Part shown: piece after piece, positions 38,701-50,818 of the stretch
Layout of the letters: every line of letters begins with the position of its first letter
How positions within the stretch are numbered: position 1 is the stretch's first letter
NCBI RefSeq assembly: GCF_044324875.1
Contig: NZ_CP172185.1
Length of the DNA: 64,000 bases
DNA from: Escherichia coli
GTDB taxonomy: Bacteria > Pseudomonadota > Gammaproteobacteria > Enterobacterales > Enterobacteriaceae
Direction: 5' to 3' (one strand)
Program-made: the position numbers and the translations under genes
The notes under the pieces: model-generated
The model's input: only the letters and a program-made list of their open reading frames with translations
Databases searched by the model: none
Told to the model about the DNA's origin: nothing

Positions 38701-40962
38701 CTACCCGTTATCCACTGGCACGCCAAACCACTGATGATACCAACGAGGTAAAATTTGCTCCCTGAGGCTGCTAATCCGCCAGCCTTGCGCTGAAAAATTG
38801 ACCGTTATTTGCCCCTGATGAGGAGTATCAAGCCACTTATAACCCTGTTGTTGATAGCGATGTTTAACTTTGCTTGAGGGCAGTCGCCATGCGTTATAGC
38901 GCGATGCCGATGCGAGTGCCACTTTTCCATTCACTCGCTGAATTAATGGCAACGATGATGAGGTATTACTGCCATGGTGAGGTATCTGAAGTAATGTTGC
39001 CTGCATTTGCTGCCAGTAACGGCTTAGCATCTTTTGTTCAGCGGGGGCTTCAATATCACCGGTTAGAAGAATGCTATTCGTCCCGTCATCAACCTTAACC
39101 ACACAGGAATGGTTATTTCCTTTATCGTTGCTACCTTGTAAAGGCCAGTGCGCGCTGAAACGCAATCCTTGCCATTGCCACGCTTCGCCACGCACACAGG
39201 GCTGATGATGTTCCCAGTTTAACGGACTTCTGATCCATAACATCGGCCATGTATGCAATATTGAGTCCAGCCCTCCCCGGTGATCCAGATGTTCATGACT
39301 CAGAATAACGCCTTCCGGTTCAAGATTATGCCAGTGGAGCCAGGGGATAATCAGTTGTTGCCCACTATCTCCTTCAGGCCAGGCCAGTCCCGTGTCATAG
39401 AGAATCGCTTTGCCGTTTCTGGCTATCACCATTGCCAGCCCTTGCCCGACATCAAGCATGTACACTTGCCACTCGTCAGGTCGAGGTTTTTGCCACAGCG
39501 GCCAGCACATCAGCAAGCCTCCAGCCACACACATTGCTGGCAACGTTCGCCAGGCGTTTAATCGCCATACCACCAGTAAGAACCATGGGGAAAATGATAG
39601 CCATTGCCAACGTTCAGCAATGTTGATCCACCCTTCCGGCAAACTCTTTAACCCCCAGAAAAGTAAAGCCAAAGACCGGTCGGCAAGAAAGCATAACCCC
39701 TGTTCCAGGATTAACGGCCCGCTTAAATGCACAACCATCGCGGCGAGGATTAATGGAACCGTGATAAATGTCACCAGGGGAATTGCAAAAAGATTTGCAA
39801 TAAACGAGGTCAGACTAATGCCATGAAATATGACGATTTGCACGGGCATAAGCAGGAGTGTGATTCCCAGTTGCAGATGGATGAGGGAAACAACCGCACG
39901 CAATACCGGCGGCAGCTGCCACTCAGGACAGGGAAACCACTGATACCAAAAAATCAGTGCCGCGACCGCAGCGGCAGAGAGCCATAAACTTTGCGAGAGA
40001 ATGGCAACAGGATCCATCAGCAAAATTGCCGCCAGACAACATATCCACACATCCCAGCCACTCCATTGTCGCCCACTTAACTTAAGCATTCCCCACATGG
40101 CAAGCGCCACCACGGTACGCAATGCAGGAGGTTGCATCCCAGTCAGCCAGGCATAAAAAGCAGCACAGCAGATTCCGCCAATTAATGGCATTTGCCAGTG
40201 GATCCAGCGCCCAGGCAGAAAAACTTGCCCACCGCGAATGAGTCCGGCAGCCAGCAACGCCGCAAAAGCGATATGCAATCCCGATATCGCCATTAAATGC
40301 GCCGTTCCAGTATCGCGCATGATATTTTTGATTTCTTTGGGAACGGATAACCGTTCCCCCATACCTAAACCAAGAATAACCGCATTCCACGGATAGGGTT
40401 GCAGCGTTGTTTGTAATGACGCCAGATACTGTGCACGCAAGCTACAATTCGGTTCAATGACACTTGCCTGCAGAAAGCGGCCGGTCAGCGGCTGATGCTG
40501 GGCAATGGCATAACGCTGGCTATCAAAGCTGCCATCATTAAGTTGGCCATGAACTGCACGAACTTTGAGTTTCATTGACCATAGTTGTCCGGCACAAACC
40601 GCTTGCGGGAGATATTCACCATACAGCACGAGGCCTGGCGCAGGGAATATACGTCGACCTTGTAGATGAGTGATTTGACCGTAATGAGTGGTCATGCCGT
40701 CAGTAGCAGTGATCTCAACTATTGCATCCTGCGTCGCGCCAGTTAAGGTTTCTCCTGCCCACAAAATTTGCTTTGCCGCTGATATGCCCCAAAGAAAAAA
40801 CAGCAACGTCAGCGCGATATAACGGACGGCTTTAACAGGAATAAATGCCAGTACGCAGGCGAAGACAGTCAGAAACGCAAGGGTTAATGTCCCAGGCAAT
40901 TGGGGCAAAACCAGCAACGGAAAAATTCCGCAAATTATGCATACGCCGACTGTCGTTATTTT
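38701..40962 (-). CDS. ycaI: ComEC/Rec2-family inner membrane protein YcaI
   Basis: Start taken at MKITTVGVCIICG inside listed ORF 38701..41043; 754 aa; polytopic membrane region plus C-terminal metallo-beta-lactamase-like domain (HEHLDHRGG). Confidence 0.85.
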   Translation of the reverse strand, partial: KITTVGVCIICGIFPLLVLPQLPGTLTLAFLTVFACVLAFIPVKAVRYIALTLLFFLWGISAAKQILWAGETLTGATQDAIVEITATDGMTTHYGQITHLQGRRIFPAPGLVLYGEYLPQAVCAGQLWSMKLKVRAVHGQLNDGSFDSQRYAIAQHQPLTGRFLQASVIEPNCSLRAQYLASLQTTLQPYPWNAVILGLGMGERLSVPKEIKNIMRDTGTAHLMAISGLHIAFAALLAAGLIRGGQVFLPGRWIHWQMPLIGGICCAAFYAWLTGMQPPALRTVVALAMWGMLKLSGRQWSGWDVWICCLAAILLMDPVAILSQSLWLSAAAVAALIFWYQWFPCPEWQLPPVLRAVVSLIHLQLGITLLLMPVQIVIFHGISLTSFIANLFAIPLVTFITVPLILAAMVVHLSGPLILEQGLCFLADRSLALLFWGLKSLPEGWINIAERWQWLSFSPWFLLVVWRLNAWRTLPAMCVAGGLLMCWPLWQKPRPDEWQVYMLDVGQGLAMVIARNGKAILYDTGLAWPEGDSGQQLIIPWLHWHNLEPEGVILSHEHLDHRGGLDSILHTWPMLWIRSPLNWEHHQPCVRGEAWQWQGLRFSAHWPLQGSNDKGNNHSCVVKVDDGTNSILLTGDIEAPAEQKMLSRYWQQMQATLLQIPHHGSNTSSSLPLIQRVNGKVALASASRYNAWRLPSSKVKHRYQQQGYKWLDTPHQGQITVNFSAQGWRISSLREQILPRWYHQWFGVPVDNG

Positions 40963-41120
40963 CATGCACCCCTCCCTGTTTATGGAAAGTGTGCAACTTT
41001 GTTGAGCGGTTGTCTGGTGGGAGTTTTGCGTTCCCCGAGGCACGTTCAGAAGAATTTAACGAGAGGGTGAAAACTGCTCAAAACTCTGCGAGGCAGCCTC
41101 CAGTTCCAGATTAGAGAAAT

Positions 41121-41147
41121 GAAAAAAGCACCCGACAGGTGCTTTTC
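41121..41147 (-). terminator. rho-independent terminator of ihfB
   Basis: On minus strand: hairpin aagcacctgtcgggtgctt followed by ttttttc. Confidence 0.7.
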
Positions 41148-41171
41148 TCGCGTTCAAGTTTGAGTAAAAAC

Positions 41172-41456
41172 TTAACCGTAAATATTGGCGCGATCGCGCA
41201 GTTCTTTACCTGGTTTAAAGTGAGGAACGTATTTTCCTTCCAGTTCTACTTTATCGCCAGTCTTCGGATTACGTCCGGTACGTGGTGCGCGGTAGTGCAA
41301 AGAGAAACTGCCGAAACCGCGGATTTCAATACGCTCGCCCTGCGCAAGAGTCGAGGCCATATGCTCCAGCATCTCTTTTACTGCATCTTCAACCGTCTTG
41401 GCGGGAATGTGCGATTGCTGGGTGGCAAGTCTTTCTATCAATTCTGACTTGGTCAT
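41172..41456 (-). CDS. ihfB: integration host factor subunit beta
   Basis: 94 aa from [34 protein letters not shown]... Confidence 0.95.
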
Positions 41457-41615
41457 GATTCCTCCGGTTCCTTAAAGGCAAATTTAGCGGCTGCTGTTGC
41501 TGCATTGATTAAGGGCGGCCGTAGCCGCCCTTAGTGCTTGATTACAGGACGAAACCTGCAATCTGTCAAGTAAACTCAACAAACTTCGGAATAAAAATCC
41601 CGAAGAGTCAGAGAA

Positions 41616-43289
41616 TTACTCGCCTTTAGCTGCTTTGAAAGCTTCAGCCATTGCGTTGTTGGAGAAGTTTGCATCTTCCTGTTTGTTAACAGTTGCGATT
41701 GCATCTTTCTCGTCAGCTTCGTCTTTCGCACGAACAGACAGGCTGATTGCGCGGTTTTTACGATCAACGCCGGTGAATTTAGCTTCAACTTCGTCGCCAA
41801 CGCTCAGAACCAGGGTAGCGTCTTCAACGCGGTCACGGGATGCTTCAGAAGCACGCAGGTAACCTTCAACGCCGTCAGCCAGTTCTACGGTTGCGCCTTT
41901 AGCGTCAACTGCAGTTACTTTACCGGTTACGATAGCGCCTTTCTTGTTCAGAGCAACCCAGTTGTTGAACGGATCTTCTGCGAGCTGTTTAACGCCCAGG
42001 GAGATACGTTCACGTTCTGCGTCAACCTGCAGAACAACTGCAGCGATTTCGTCGCCTTTTTTGTATTCACGAACTGCTTCTTCGCCTGCAACGTTCCAGG
42101 AGATGTCAGACAGGTGAACCAGGCCGTCGATGCCGCCGTCCAGGCCGATGAAGATACCGAAGTCAGTGATAGACTTGATTTTACCTTCAACACGGTCACC
42201 CTTGTTGTGGGTTTCCGCGAACTGCTGCCACGGGTTAGCTTTGCACTGTTTCAGACCCAGGGAGATACGACGACGTTCTTCGTCGATATCCAGAACCATA
42301 ACTTCCACTACATCGCCAACGTTAACAACTTTGGACGGGTGGATGTTTTTGTTGGTCCAATCCATTTCGGAAACGTGTACCAGGCCTTCAACGCCTTCTT
42401 CGATTTCAACGAAGCAGCCGTAGTCGGTCAGGTTGGTCACGCGACCAGTCAGTTTGGTACCTTCCGGATAACGTTTAGCGATAGCTACCCACGGATCTTC
42501 GCCCAGCTGTTTCAGGCCCAGGGATACACGGGTACGTTCGCGGTCGAACTTCAGCACTTTAACAGTGATTTCGTCGCCCACGTTGACGATTTCGCTCGGA
42601 TGCTTAACGCGTTTCCAGGCCATGTCAGTGATGTGCAGCAGGCCGTCAACGCCGCCCAGATCAACGAATGCACCGTAGTCAGTGAGGTTCTTAACGATAC
42701 CTTTAACTTCCATGCCTTCCTGCAGGTTTTCCAGCAGCTGATCGCGCTCTGCGCTGTTTTCGGATTCGATAACGGCACGACGAGAAACAACAACGTTGTT
42801 GCGCTTCTGATCCAGCTTGATTACTTTGAATTCAAGCTCTTTGCCTTCCAGGTGCAGAGTGTCACGCACCGGACGAACGTCTACCAGAGAACCTGGCAGG
42901 AACGCACGAATACCGTTCAGCTCAACAGTGAAGCCGCCCTTAACTTTGCCGTTGATAACACCGGTAACAGTTTCAGCATCTTCGTAAGCTTTTTCCAGCG
43001 TGATCCAGGCTTCGTGACGTTTAGCTTTCTCACGGGACAGCAGAGTTTCACCGAAGCCGTCTTCTACTGCGTCCAGAGCAACGTCAACTTCGTCACCTAC
43101 CTGGATTTCCAGCTCGCCCTGGGCGTTTTTGAACTGCTCAGCCGGGATGGCGGACTCAGATTTCAGACCAGCGTCAACCAGTACTACGTCTTTGTCGATA
43201 GCAACAACAACGCCACGAACGATAGAACCCGGGCGGGTTTCGATTTCTTTTAAGGACTCTTCAAAGAGTTGAGCAAAAGATTCAGTCAT
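41616..43289 (-). CDS. rpsA: 30S ribosomal protein S1
   Basis: 557 aa with repeated S1 domains. Confidence 0.97.
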
Positions 43290-43399
43290 GTTTAATCTTC
43301 AGGTTTATATTTAACGTCCACCTGGCTCCATGCCGGATGGGGTTGTTTAACATACCCGCTGTCATTCCATTGCAACGGGGGTACTGCAAATTCGGTCGC

Positions 43400-44083
43400 T
43401 TATGCGAGAGCCAATTTCTGGCGCGCGTATTGTAGCGCTTTTTCAATCACTTGCTCAATGCTTAAGGTGGTGGAATCCAACACTAAAGCATCGGCTGCCG
43501 GAACCAGTGGCGCTACCGCTCGGTTACGATCGCGGTCGTCGCGTTCTTTGATCTCGGCCAAAAGGCGCTCAAAGTTAACACTAAAGCCCTTCTCCTGCAA
43601 CTGTAGCATGCGGCGATGCGCACGTTCTTCCGAGGAGGCGTCAAGGAAAATTTTCACTGGCGCATCAGGGAATACCACCGTTCCCATGTCGCGGCCATCG
43701 GCAATCAAGCCTGGTAATTCGCGAAACGCGCGTTGGCGACGCAATAATGCTTCACGAACGCGTGGGAATGCCGCGACTTGTGAAGCAGCATTCGCCACTT
43801 CCTGAGTACGAATTTCGCCACTGACATCTTCCCCTTCGAGGATCACTTCCAGATTGCCATTGGTCGACACAAAACGTACATCCAGATGGGATGCCAGCGG
43901 CACAAGCGCATCTTCCGATGCAACATCAACATGGTGATGTAATGCCGCCAGTGCCAGTACGCGATAAATTGCACCCGAGTCCAGCAGATGCCATTGCAAC
44001 GCTTCCGCCATAGCCTTACACAAGGTGCCTTTCCCTGCACCGCTTGGGCCATCAATGGTAATAACCGGGGCAATTGCCGTCAT
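43400..44083 (-). CDS. cmk: cytidylate kinase
   Basis: 227 aa; P-loop GPSGAGKGT. Confidence 0.95.
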
Positions 44084-44255
44084 CTTTATCTCCTTAAAAC
44101 AGGCGTACCGTTAACATAACCGCGCGCATTATACGCGCCGACGCCACAAATCGTTAACGTTGTGTGCAAAAACCAGTTTTGTCTGTATTCAGATGGGGAT
44201 TTATTGCGCAATTATAGCGGGCTGGCAGAAGACCAGCCCGAAAGATGACAATGAT

Positions 44256-45020
44256 TTACTTACCAGAGGCGATACGATCACGGATGTGTTGCGCACGCTC
44301 TGTTGATGGTGGGTGAGAGTCAAACATGGACTGGGTACGACCGCCATCCAGGCTGGCCAATTTTTCAAAGCTGCCAACCAGCCCCTGGGTGCTGATGCCA
44401 CGTTTCTTCAACAGATCAAAGGAGAAATCATCTGCTTCGGACTCTTTATCGCGGGAGTATTTAGCATTGATCGCGCCTTCTGCGATATCACCTAATTGTG
44501 AGCGAGAAAGCTGGGAAGCCACACCGCTGGTAGCGGAAATCGCATCACGTGCGGCAACGATCGCATAAGAAGCTTTCATTTCAGCCAGCGAGTGACCCAA
44601 CGCGACGTGGCCCAGTTCATGACCCAGAACGCCTTCAATTTCGTTGTCGTTCATCATGTCCATCAGGCCACTGTAGACACGAACACAGCCGTTCGCCATC
44701 GCCCATGCGTTGACGTCGCTGGTCATATAAACCTTATAGTTGACCGGCGTGCCATTAATATTGTTACCCAATGCTTTGGCGATTTTTGCCAGACGTTTAC
44801 CGTACTTGCTGGATTTACTTGCGACTTTATTGCCGCTGTCCATTTCGACACAGCCCTGATTGGCGATTGCTTTAGCATCAGCATCGCTTAATGTTGCGGC
44901 TTTATAAGCATTCAGACCTGAGCTGATAGCCAAATCGGTATTAATACCGTGCGTATTCTGACATCCTGTCAGTAAGGCTGCAGAGGTCGCAATCGCCAGC
45001 AATAATTTAGTATTCTTCAT
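44256..45020 (-). CDS. ycaL: M48-family metallopeptidase lipoprotein YcaL
   Basis: Start taken at MKNTKLLLAIATSAALLTGC (lipobox) inside listed ORF; HELGH zinc motif present. Confidence 0.88.
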   Translation of the reverse strand: MKNTKLLLAIATSAALLTGCQNTHGINTDLAISSGLNAYKAATLSDADAKAIANQGCVEMDSGNKVASKSSKYGKRLAKIAKALGNNINGTPVNYKVYMTSDVNAWAMANGCVRVYSGLMDMMNDNEIEGVLGHELGHVALGHSLAEMKASYAIVAARDAISATSGVASQLSRSQLGDIAEGAINAKYSRDKESEADDFSFDLLKKRGISTQGLVGSFEKLASLDGGRTQSMFDSHPPSTERAQHIRDRIASGK

Positions 45021-45189
45021 GTGAATCATCCGTTGATTAATTATATATAAACATTATGTATCAATAAGTTACATTGATAATTAACGCTACCATTAATAAA
45101 AATACCCCACAAGGTCCGAAAAAAAACGCCGGCAATGTGCCGACGTCTTTGAAAAGAAAGGATTGTCTATGTTATCGCCCGTTATTCAT

Positions 45190-46473
45190 TCAGCCGGGTT
45201 GACTTATCCGCGCCAATTGCTCGAAATAGTCTGGAAAAGTTTTAGCGGTACATTTTGGATCAAGAATCGTCACAGCCGTATCTGACAACGCCACCAGCGA
45301 GAAACACATCGCCATCCGGTGATCATTGTATGTTGCGATCTCGGCAAAGTTCAGTTTTTCCGGTGGAGTGATACGAATGTAATCGTGCCCCTCTTCTACT
45401 TCCGCACCAACTTTACGCAGTTCTGTTGCCATCGCAAACAGGCGATCGGTCTCTTTAACACGCCAGTTATAGATATTGCGCAGCGTGGTGGTGCCTTTTG
45501 CAAATAACGCCGCCGTGGCAATGGTCATCGCCGCATCAGGAATATGGTTCATATCCATATCAATAGCGTTCAGTTCACCCCGCGTGCAGGAAATATAATC
45601 ATCGCCCCAGCAAATGGTCGCGCCCATTTTTTCCAGCACATCAGCAAAGCGAATATCACCCTGCATACTGTTGCGTCCAATGCCGGTCACTTTTACAGTG
45701 CCGCCTTTGATTGCTGCTGCTGCCAGGAAGTAAGAAGCCGAAGATGCATCGCCTTCGACCAAATAAGTACCCGGAGACTGATAAGACTGCCCGCCTTTTA
45801 CGACAAATTGTTGATAGTGCTGATTTTCAATTTCAACACCAAACGTCTTCATCAGATTGAGTGTGATGTCGATATAAGGTTTAGAAACCAGATCGCCTTT
45901 AATACGAATAACCGTATCTTCCGGCGCAAGAGGCGCAGTCATTAATAGTGCGGTGAGGAACTGGCTGGAAACGGAGCCATCAACGTCAACGTTGCCGCCA
46001 GTAAAGCCGCCCTGTAAACGCAATGGTGGATAATTTTCTTGTTCCAGGTAAGTGATCTTCGCCCCGCCCAGGCGCAGCGCATCCACCAGATGACCAATCG
46101 GGCGCTCTTTCATACGCGGCTCACCAGTCAGCACAATATCATTGCTACCCAGACAAAGAGCTGCCGCCAGCGGGCGCATTGCCGTTCCGGCGTTTCCGAG
46201 GAACAACTCCAGGGCACCTTCTGCGTGTAATGGACCGCCGTTACCGATAATTTCGCAACGCGTACGATCAGCTGAAAGCGTATAGCTTACCCCTAACGCT
46301 GCTAATGCATTCAGCATATGGCGCACGTCATCGCTATCCAGCAGATTGGTTAATACTGTTTTGCCGTGTGCTAATGCCGCCAGCAATAAAGCGCGGTTAG
46401 AAACGCTCTTGGAACCGGGCAGATTAATAGTGCCATCGACACGAGCGATGGGTTGTAACGTCAGGGATTCCAT
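45190..46473 (-). CDS. aroA: 3-phosphoshikimate 1-carboxyvinyltransferase (EPSP synthase)
   Basis: 427 aa from [35 protein letters not shown]... Confidence 0.96.
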   Translation of the reverse strand: MESLTLQPIARVDGTINLPGSKSVSNRALLLAALAHGKTVLTNLLDSDDVRHMLNALAALGVSYTLSADRTRCEIIGNGGPLHAEGALELFLGNAGTAMRPLAAALCLGSNDIVLTGEPRMKERPIGHLVDALRLGGAKITYLEQENYPPLRLQGGFTGGNVDVDGSVSSQFLTALLMTAPLAPEDTVIRIKGDLVSKPYIDITLNLMKTFGVEIENQHYQQFVVKGGQSYQSPGTYLVEGDASSASYFLAAAAIKGGTVKVTGIGRNSMQGDIRFADVLEKMGATICWGDDYISCTRGELNAIDMDMNHIPDAAMTIATAALFAKGTTTLRNIYNWRVKETDRLFAMATELRKVGAEVEEGHDYIRITPPEKLNFAEIATYNDHRMAMCFSLVALSDTAVTILDPKCTAKTFPDYFEQLARISQPG

Positions 46474-46494
46474 GAACTCAACTCTCTACAACAG

Positions 46495-46524
46495 AAATAA
46501 AAACCCCACAGGCTGACTGTGGGG
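46495..46524 (-). terminator. hairpin terminator/attenuator between serC and aroA
   Basis: On minus strand: ccccacagtcagcctgtgggg followed by tttttatttctg. Confidence 0.65.
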
Positions 46525-46543
46525 ATTAAGCAAAATTTCGGCA

Positions 46544-47632
46544 TTAGCCGTGACGGCGTTCGAACTCAATCATGAAGTCTGTCAGCGCTTTAACGCCTTC
46601 CAGTGGCATGGCGTTATAAATGGACGCGCGCATTCCGCCGACCACACGGTGACCTTTCAGTGCATGAAGGCCAGCAGCAAAAGACTCTTCAAGGAACAAT
46701 TTGTCAAGCGCACTGTCCGCCAACTGGAACGGCACGTTCATCCGCGAACGGTTAGCTTTCGCCACGTCATTGCGGTAGAAATCGCTGTTATCAATCACCC
46801 CATACAGCAGTTCTGCTTTTTGCTGATTGATTTTATCCATTGCAGCTACACCGCCGTTCGCTTTCAGCCATTTAAAGACCAGACCAGACAGATACCAGGC
46901 AAATGTCGGCGGCGTGTTAAACATGGAGTCGTTATCGTTGAGAATGGAATAATCCAGAATCGACGGACACGCGATATTCGCTTTGCCCAGCAAATCTTCA
47001 CGAACGATGACGATTGTCAGGCCAGCCGGGCCGATATTTTTCTGCGCGCCAGCGTAAATTACACCATAACGGCTGACGTCAATCGGACGGGAAAGAATGG
47101 TTGAAGAGAAGTCGGCGGCGACCACCACATCTTTGCCGAAGTCTGGCGTTTCGTCGATAGCGATACCGTCGATGGTTTCATTCGGGCAGTAATGCATATA
47201 AGCAGCATTATCAGAGAGTTGCCATTCGCGCATTGGCTTAACCGCGCGCAGACCATCAACAGTCACTTTGGCGTCGAAGACATTAGGCGCGCAATATTTT
47301 TTCGCTTCTTTAATGGCACTTGCCGCCCAGTAACCAGCATCAACATAATCTGCGGTGGTTTTATCACCAAGAATATTCAGCGGTACAGCAGCAAACTGAC
47401 CACGACCGCCGCCGTGGCAGAACAATACTTTGTAGTTGGAGGGGATGTTAAGAAGATCGCGAAAATCCTTCTCGGCTTCCTCTGCAACCTGAATGAACTC
47501 TTTGCCACGGTGACTCACTTCCATCACCGACGTACCAAGACCGTTCCAGTCGCGCAGTTCCTGTTGAGCCTGTTTAAGCACCTCTGCCGGTAGCATTGCC
47601 GGACCAGAACTAAAATTGAAGATTTGAGCCAT
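46544..47632 (-). CDS. serC: phosphoserine aminotransferase
   Basis: 362 aa from [26 protein letters not shown]... Confidence 0.96.
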   Translation of the reverse strand: MAQIFNFSSGPAMLPAEVLKQAQQELRDWNGLGTSVMEVSHRGKEFIQVAEEAEKDFRDLLNIPSNYKVLFCHGGGRGQFAAVPLNILGDKTTADYVDAGYWAASAIKEAKKYCAPNVFDAKVTVDGLRAVKPMREWQLSDNAAYMHYCPNETIDGIAIDETPDFGKDVVVAADFSSTILSRPIDVSRYGVIYAGAQKNIGPAGLTIVIVREDLLGKANIACPSILDYSILNDNDSMFNTPPTFAWYLSGLVFKWLKANGGVAAMDKINQQKAELLYGVIDNSDFYRNDVAKANRSRMNVPFQLADSALDKLFLEESFAAGLHALKGHRVVGGMRASIYNAMPLEGVKALTDFMIEFERRHG

Positions 47633-47830
47633 TTCCCCTCACCACGTTGCGTTGCTATTAACCTGCGGTCAATCGATTGCGACCACAGGTAATACATTAT
47701 TCCTGTGGCTATCGGTTTTATCATTCAGTGACACACATCGCAATGAGTAAAACCGTTGAGGGCAAAAATGTGGCTTGCATCACACAAAAGAATCTCTCGG
47801 ATTATTAGCAAAAAGCCGATGTTTTTACTG

Positions 47831-48523
47831 TCACGTCACCCGTTTTGCCCGACTTGCCTTCGTCCATTCTGGATTTGCACAGCGCGGACATAATTGTTTT
47901 TCCCCCGCGTTCATATGAATGATTTCACTGCAACGAATGCAGGCATAGTCCGCCGACTCGGGTACCACTTTGTAACGCTGAGTACAGTCACTGGGTAAAA
48001 TAAGTAAGCCCGGTTTCACCTTGTCATCTTCAAAGAAATAGACACTGATTTGCCCGTTGGTTTCGAGAATCGCCAGACGTACTTGCCCCAACTGCTCTAC
48101 ACCGCGCAATCGTAGCTCCATAAAGAACTCAAATTCCGTCATGTTGGAGTTATTGAGTTTTGACCAGGCCAGCTCGCCATCTTCAATAATGACAACCGGC
48201 TTGCCTTCCAGAAGATCTTCCAGTTTTTCACTGTGCGCCATCAACCACATTACCAGGCGGTATAACAACGCCAGAGTAATAAAGACGATAAGTACCGGGA
48301 CCATCGGCACATCATCATAAAACGCCACATCTCCCGCCGCTGATCCCAGCGTCAGAATGATTAACACTTCAAAAAGCGACATCTGCCGCACACCGCGTCT
48401 TCCGGTCATTTTGAGGAACAAAAAAACCAGTACAAAGGTATAAAGACTACGTAGTGCCACTTCGCCAAGGAAATCAAAAGGCACTTTATCAAATGCCATA
48501 CGGTGGAGATCGAACGCCTTCAT
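47831..48523 (-). CDS. ycaP: DUF421 inner membrane protein YcaP
   Basis: 230 aa with transmembrane segments. Confidence 0.85.
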   Translation of the reverse strand: MKAFDLHRMAFDKVPFDFLGEVALRSLYTFVLVFLFLKMTGRRGVRQMSLFEVLIILTLGSAAGDVAFYDDVPMVPVLIVFITLALLYRLVMWLMAHSEKLEDLLEGKPVVIIEDGELAWSKLNNSNMTEFEFFMELRLRGVEQLGQVRLAILETNGQISVYFFEDDKVKPGLLILPSDCTQRYKVVPESADYACIRCSEIIHMNAGEKQLCPRCANPEWTKASRAKRVT

Positions 48524-48652
48524 TTTTATGCTCTTATCGTGGTTTATCCACTAAAAGCATAGTCAACAGTTCATCGGCATGGCGGCGGTGATAGTGCCTT
48601 TGAGATAAAACCCGTATTATTGCGCGCTTTCCGTACGACTAAAGTGATTTTC

Positions 48653-50413
48653 ATGACGCAAACATTTATCCCCGGCAAAGATGCCGCACTGGAAGATTCC
48701 ATCGCTCGCTTCCAGCAAAAACTTTCAGACCTCGGCTTTCAGATTGAAGAGGCCTCCTGGCTGAATCCGGTGCCTAACGTCTGGTCTGTACATATTCGCG
48801 ACAAAGAGTGCGCACTGTGTTTTACCAACGGTAAAGGCGCAACCAAAAAAGCGGCGCTGGCTTCTGCACTCGGTGAATATTTCGAGCGTCTCTCAACCAA
48901 CTACTTTTTTGCTGATTTCTGGCTGGGCGAAACCATCGCCAACGGTCCGTTCGTGCATTATCCCAACGAAAAATGGTTCCCACTGAGCGAAAATGACGAT
49001 GTGCCAGAAGGGCTGCTCGATGACCGTCTGCGCGCATTTTACGATCCGGAGAATGAACTGGCCGGCAGTATGCTGATTGACCTGCAATCCGGTAACGAAG
49101 ATCGTGGTATTTGCGGTCTGCCGTTTACGCGTCAGTCTGATAATCAGACCGTTTATATTCCGATGAATATCATTGGTAACCTGTATGTTTCTAACGGTAT
49201 GTCCGCTGGCAATACCCGTAACGAAGCACGCGTTCAGGGGTTGTCCGAAGTTTTCGAACGCTACGTGAAAAACCGCATTATTGCTGAAAGCATCAGCTTG
49301 CCGGAAATCCCGGCAGACGTGCTGGCGCGTTACCCAGCGGTGGTTGAAGCCATCGAAACGCTGGAAGCAGAAGGTTTCCCAATCTTTGCTTATGATGGTT
49401 CGCTTGGCGGTCAGTATCCGGTGATTTGCGTGGTACTGTTCAATCCTGCTAACGGTACCTGCTTTGCCTCTTTCGGTGCGCATCCTGATTTTGGCGTAGC
49501 ACTGGAACGTACCGTGACCGAGCTGCTGCAAGGTCGTGGCCTGAAAGATTTGGATGTGTTTACTCCGCCAACCTTCGATGATGAAGAAGTTGCTGAACAT
49601 ACCAACCTCGAAACGCACTTTATCGATTCCAGCGGTTTAATCTCCTGGGACCTGTTCAAGCAGGATGCCGATTATCCGTTTGTGGACTGGAATTTCTCCG
49701 GCACTACGGAAGAAGAGTTTGCTACGCTGATGGCTATCTTCAACAAAGAAGATAAAGAAGTTTATATTGCCGATTACGAGCATCTGGGCGTTTATGCATG
49801 CCGAATTATCGTACCTGGCATGTCCGATATTTATCCGGCTGAAGATCTGTGGCTGGCGAATAACAGTATGGGCAGCCATTTACGTGAAACGATTCTTTCG
49901 TTACCAGGCAGCGAGTGGGAAAAAGAAGATTACCTGAACCTCATTGAGCAACTGGATGAAGAAGGTTTTGATGACTTTACCCGCGTGCGTGAGCTGTTGG
50001 GTCTGGCGACCGGGTCGGATAACGGTTGGTACACCCTGCGTATCGGAGAATTAAAAGCCATGCTGGCGCTGGCTGGTGGCGATCTGGAACAGGCTCTGGT
50101 CTGGACCGAATGGACGATGGAGTTTAACTCATCGGTATTCAGCCCGGAACGCGCCAACTATTATCGCTGCCTGCAAACGTTGTTATTACTGGCGCAGGAA
50201 GAAGATCGCCAGCCGCTGCAATATCTGAATGCGTTTGTTCGCATGTACGGCGCAGATGCCGTGGAAGCCGCCAGTGCGGCAATGAGCGGCGAAGCGGCGT
50301 TTTATGGCTTGCAACCAGTAGATAGCGATCTGCACGCGTTTGCTGCACATCAGTCGTTGTTGAAGGCCTACGAAAAGCTGCAGCGCGCCAAAGCAGCATT
50401 CTGGGCAAAATAA
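48653..50413 (+). CDS. ycaO: YcaO-domain protein (partner of RimO in ribosomal protein uS12 methylthiolation)
   Basis: Start taken at MTQTFIPGKDAALEDSIARF inside listed ORF 48620..50413; 586 aa. Confidence 0.88.
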   Translation: MTQTFIPGKDAALEDSIARFQQKLSDLGFQIEEASWLNPVPNVWSVHIRDKECALCFTNGKGATKKAALASALGEYFERLSTNYFFADFWLGETIANGPFVHYPNEKWFPLSENDDVPEGLLDDRLRAFYDPENELAGSMLIDLQSGNEDRGICGLPFTRQSDNQTVYIPMNIIGNLYVSNGMSAGNTRNEARVQGLSEVFERYVKNRIIAESISLPEIPADVLARYPAVVEAIETLEAEGFPIFAYDGSLGGQYPVICVVLFNPANGTCFASFGAHPDFGVALERTVTELLQGRGLKDLDVFTPPTFDDEEVAEHTNLETHFIDSSGLISWDLFKQDADYPFVDWNFSGTTEEEFATLMAIFNKEDKEVYIADYEHLGVYACRIIVPGMSDIYPAEDLWLANNSMGSHLRETILSLPGSEWEKEDYLNLIEQLDEEGFDDFTRVRELLGLATGSDNGWYTLRIGELKAMLALAGGDLEQALVWTEWTMEFNSSVFSPERANYYRCLQTLLLLAQEEDRQPLQYLNAFVRMYGADAVEAASAAMSGEAAFYGLQPVDSDLHAFAAHQSLLKAYEKLQRAKAAFWAK

Positions 50414-50818
50414 AATCAAATAGCCTACGCAATGTAGGCTTAATGATTCGTCTGAGTTATATTACGGGGCGTTTTTTTAATGCCCCGCTTTACATATATT
50501 TGCATTAATAAAATAATTGTAATTATAAAGTTAAATATCGGTAATTTATATTTAATAAATACGATCGATATTGTTACTTTATTCGCCTGATGCTCCCTTT
50601 TAATTAACTGTTTTAGCGGAGGATGCGGAAAAAATTCAACTCATTTGTTAATTTTTAAAATTTATTTTTATTTGGATAATCAAATATTTACTCCGTATTT
50701 GCATAAAAACCATGCGAGTTACGGGCCTATAAGCCAGGCGAGATATGATCTATATCAATTTCTCATCTATAATGCTTTGTTAGTATCTCGTCGCCGACTT
50801 AATAAAGAGAGAGTTAGT
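50414..50818 (+). promoter_or_regulatory. AT-rich focA-pflB upstream regulatory region (multiple promoters; FNR/ArcA/IHF-regulated in K-12)
   Basis: About 400 bp AT-rich non-coding stretch upstream of focA; the regulatory roles are established knowledge for this operon, and individual sites were not mapped here. Confidence 0.5.

Noticed and set aside
38701-40962. ComEC-like YcaI as part of a novel DNA-uptake system
   Set aside because: Conserved enterobacterial core gene in its usual position between msbA and ihfB; no adjacent competence genes.
48653-50413. YcaO-domain protein as a possible RiPP (thiazole/oxazole-modified peptide) biosynthetic locus
   Set aside because: No precursor peptide, dehydrogenase or E1-like partner ORFs nearby; the flanking genes are conserved housekeeping genes (ycaP, focA-pflB); this is the standalone E. 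coli-type YcaO.
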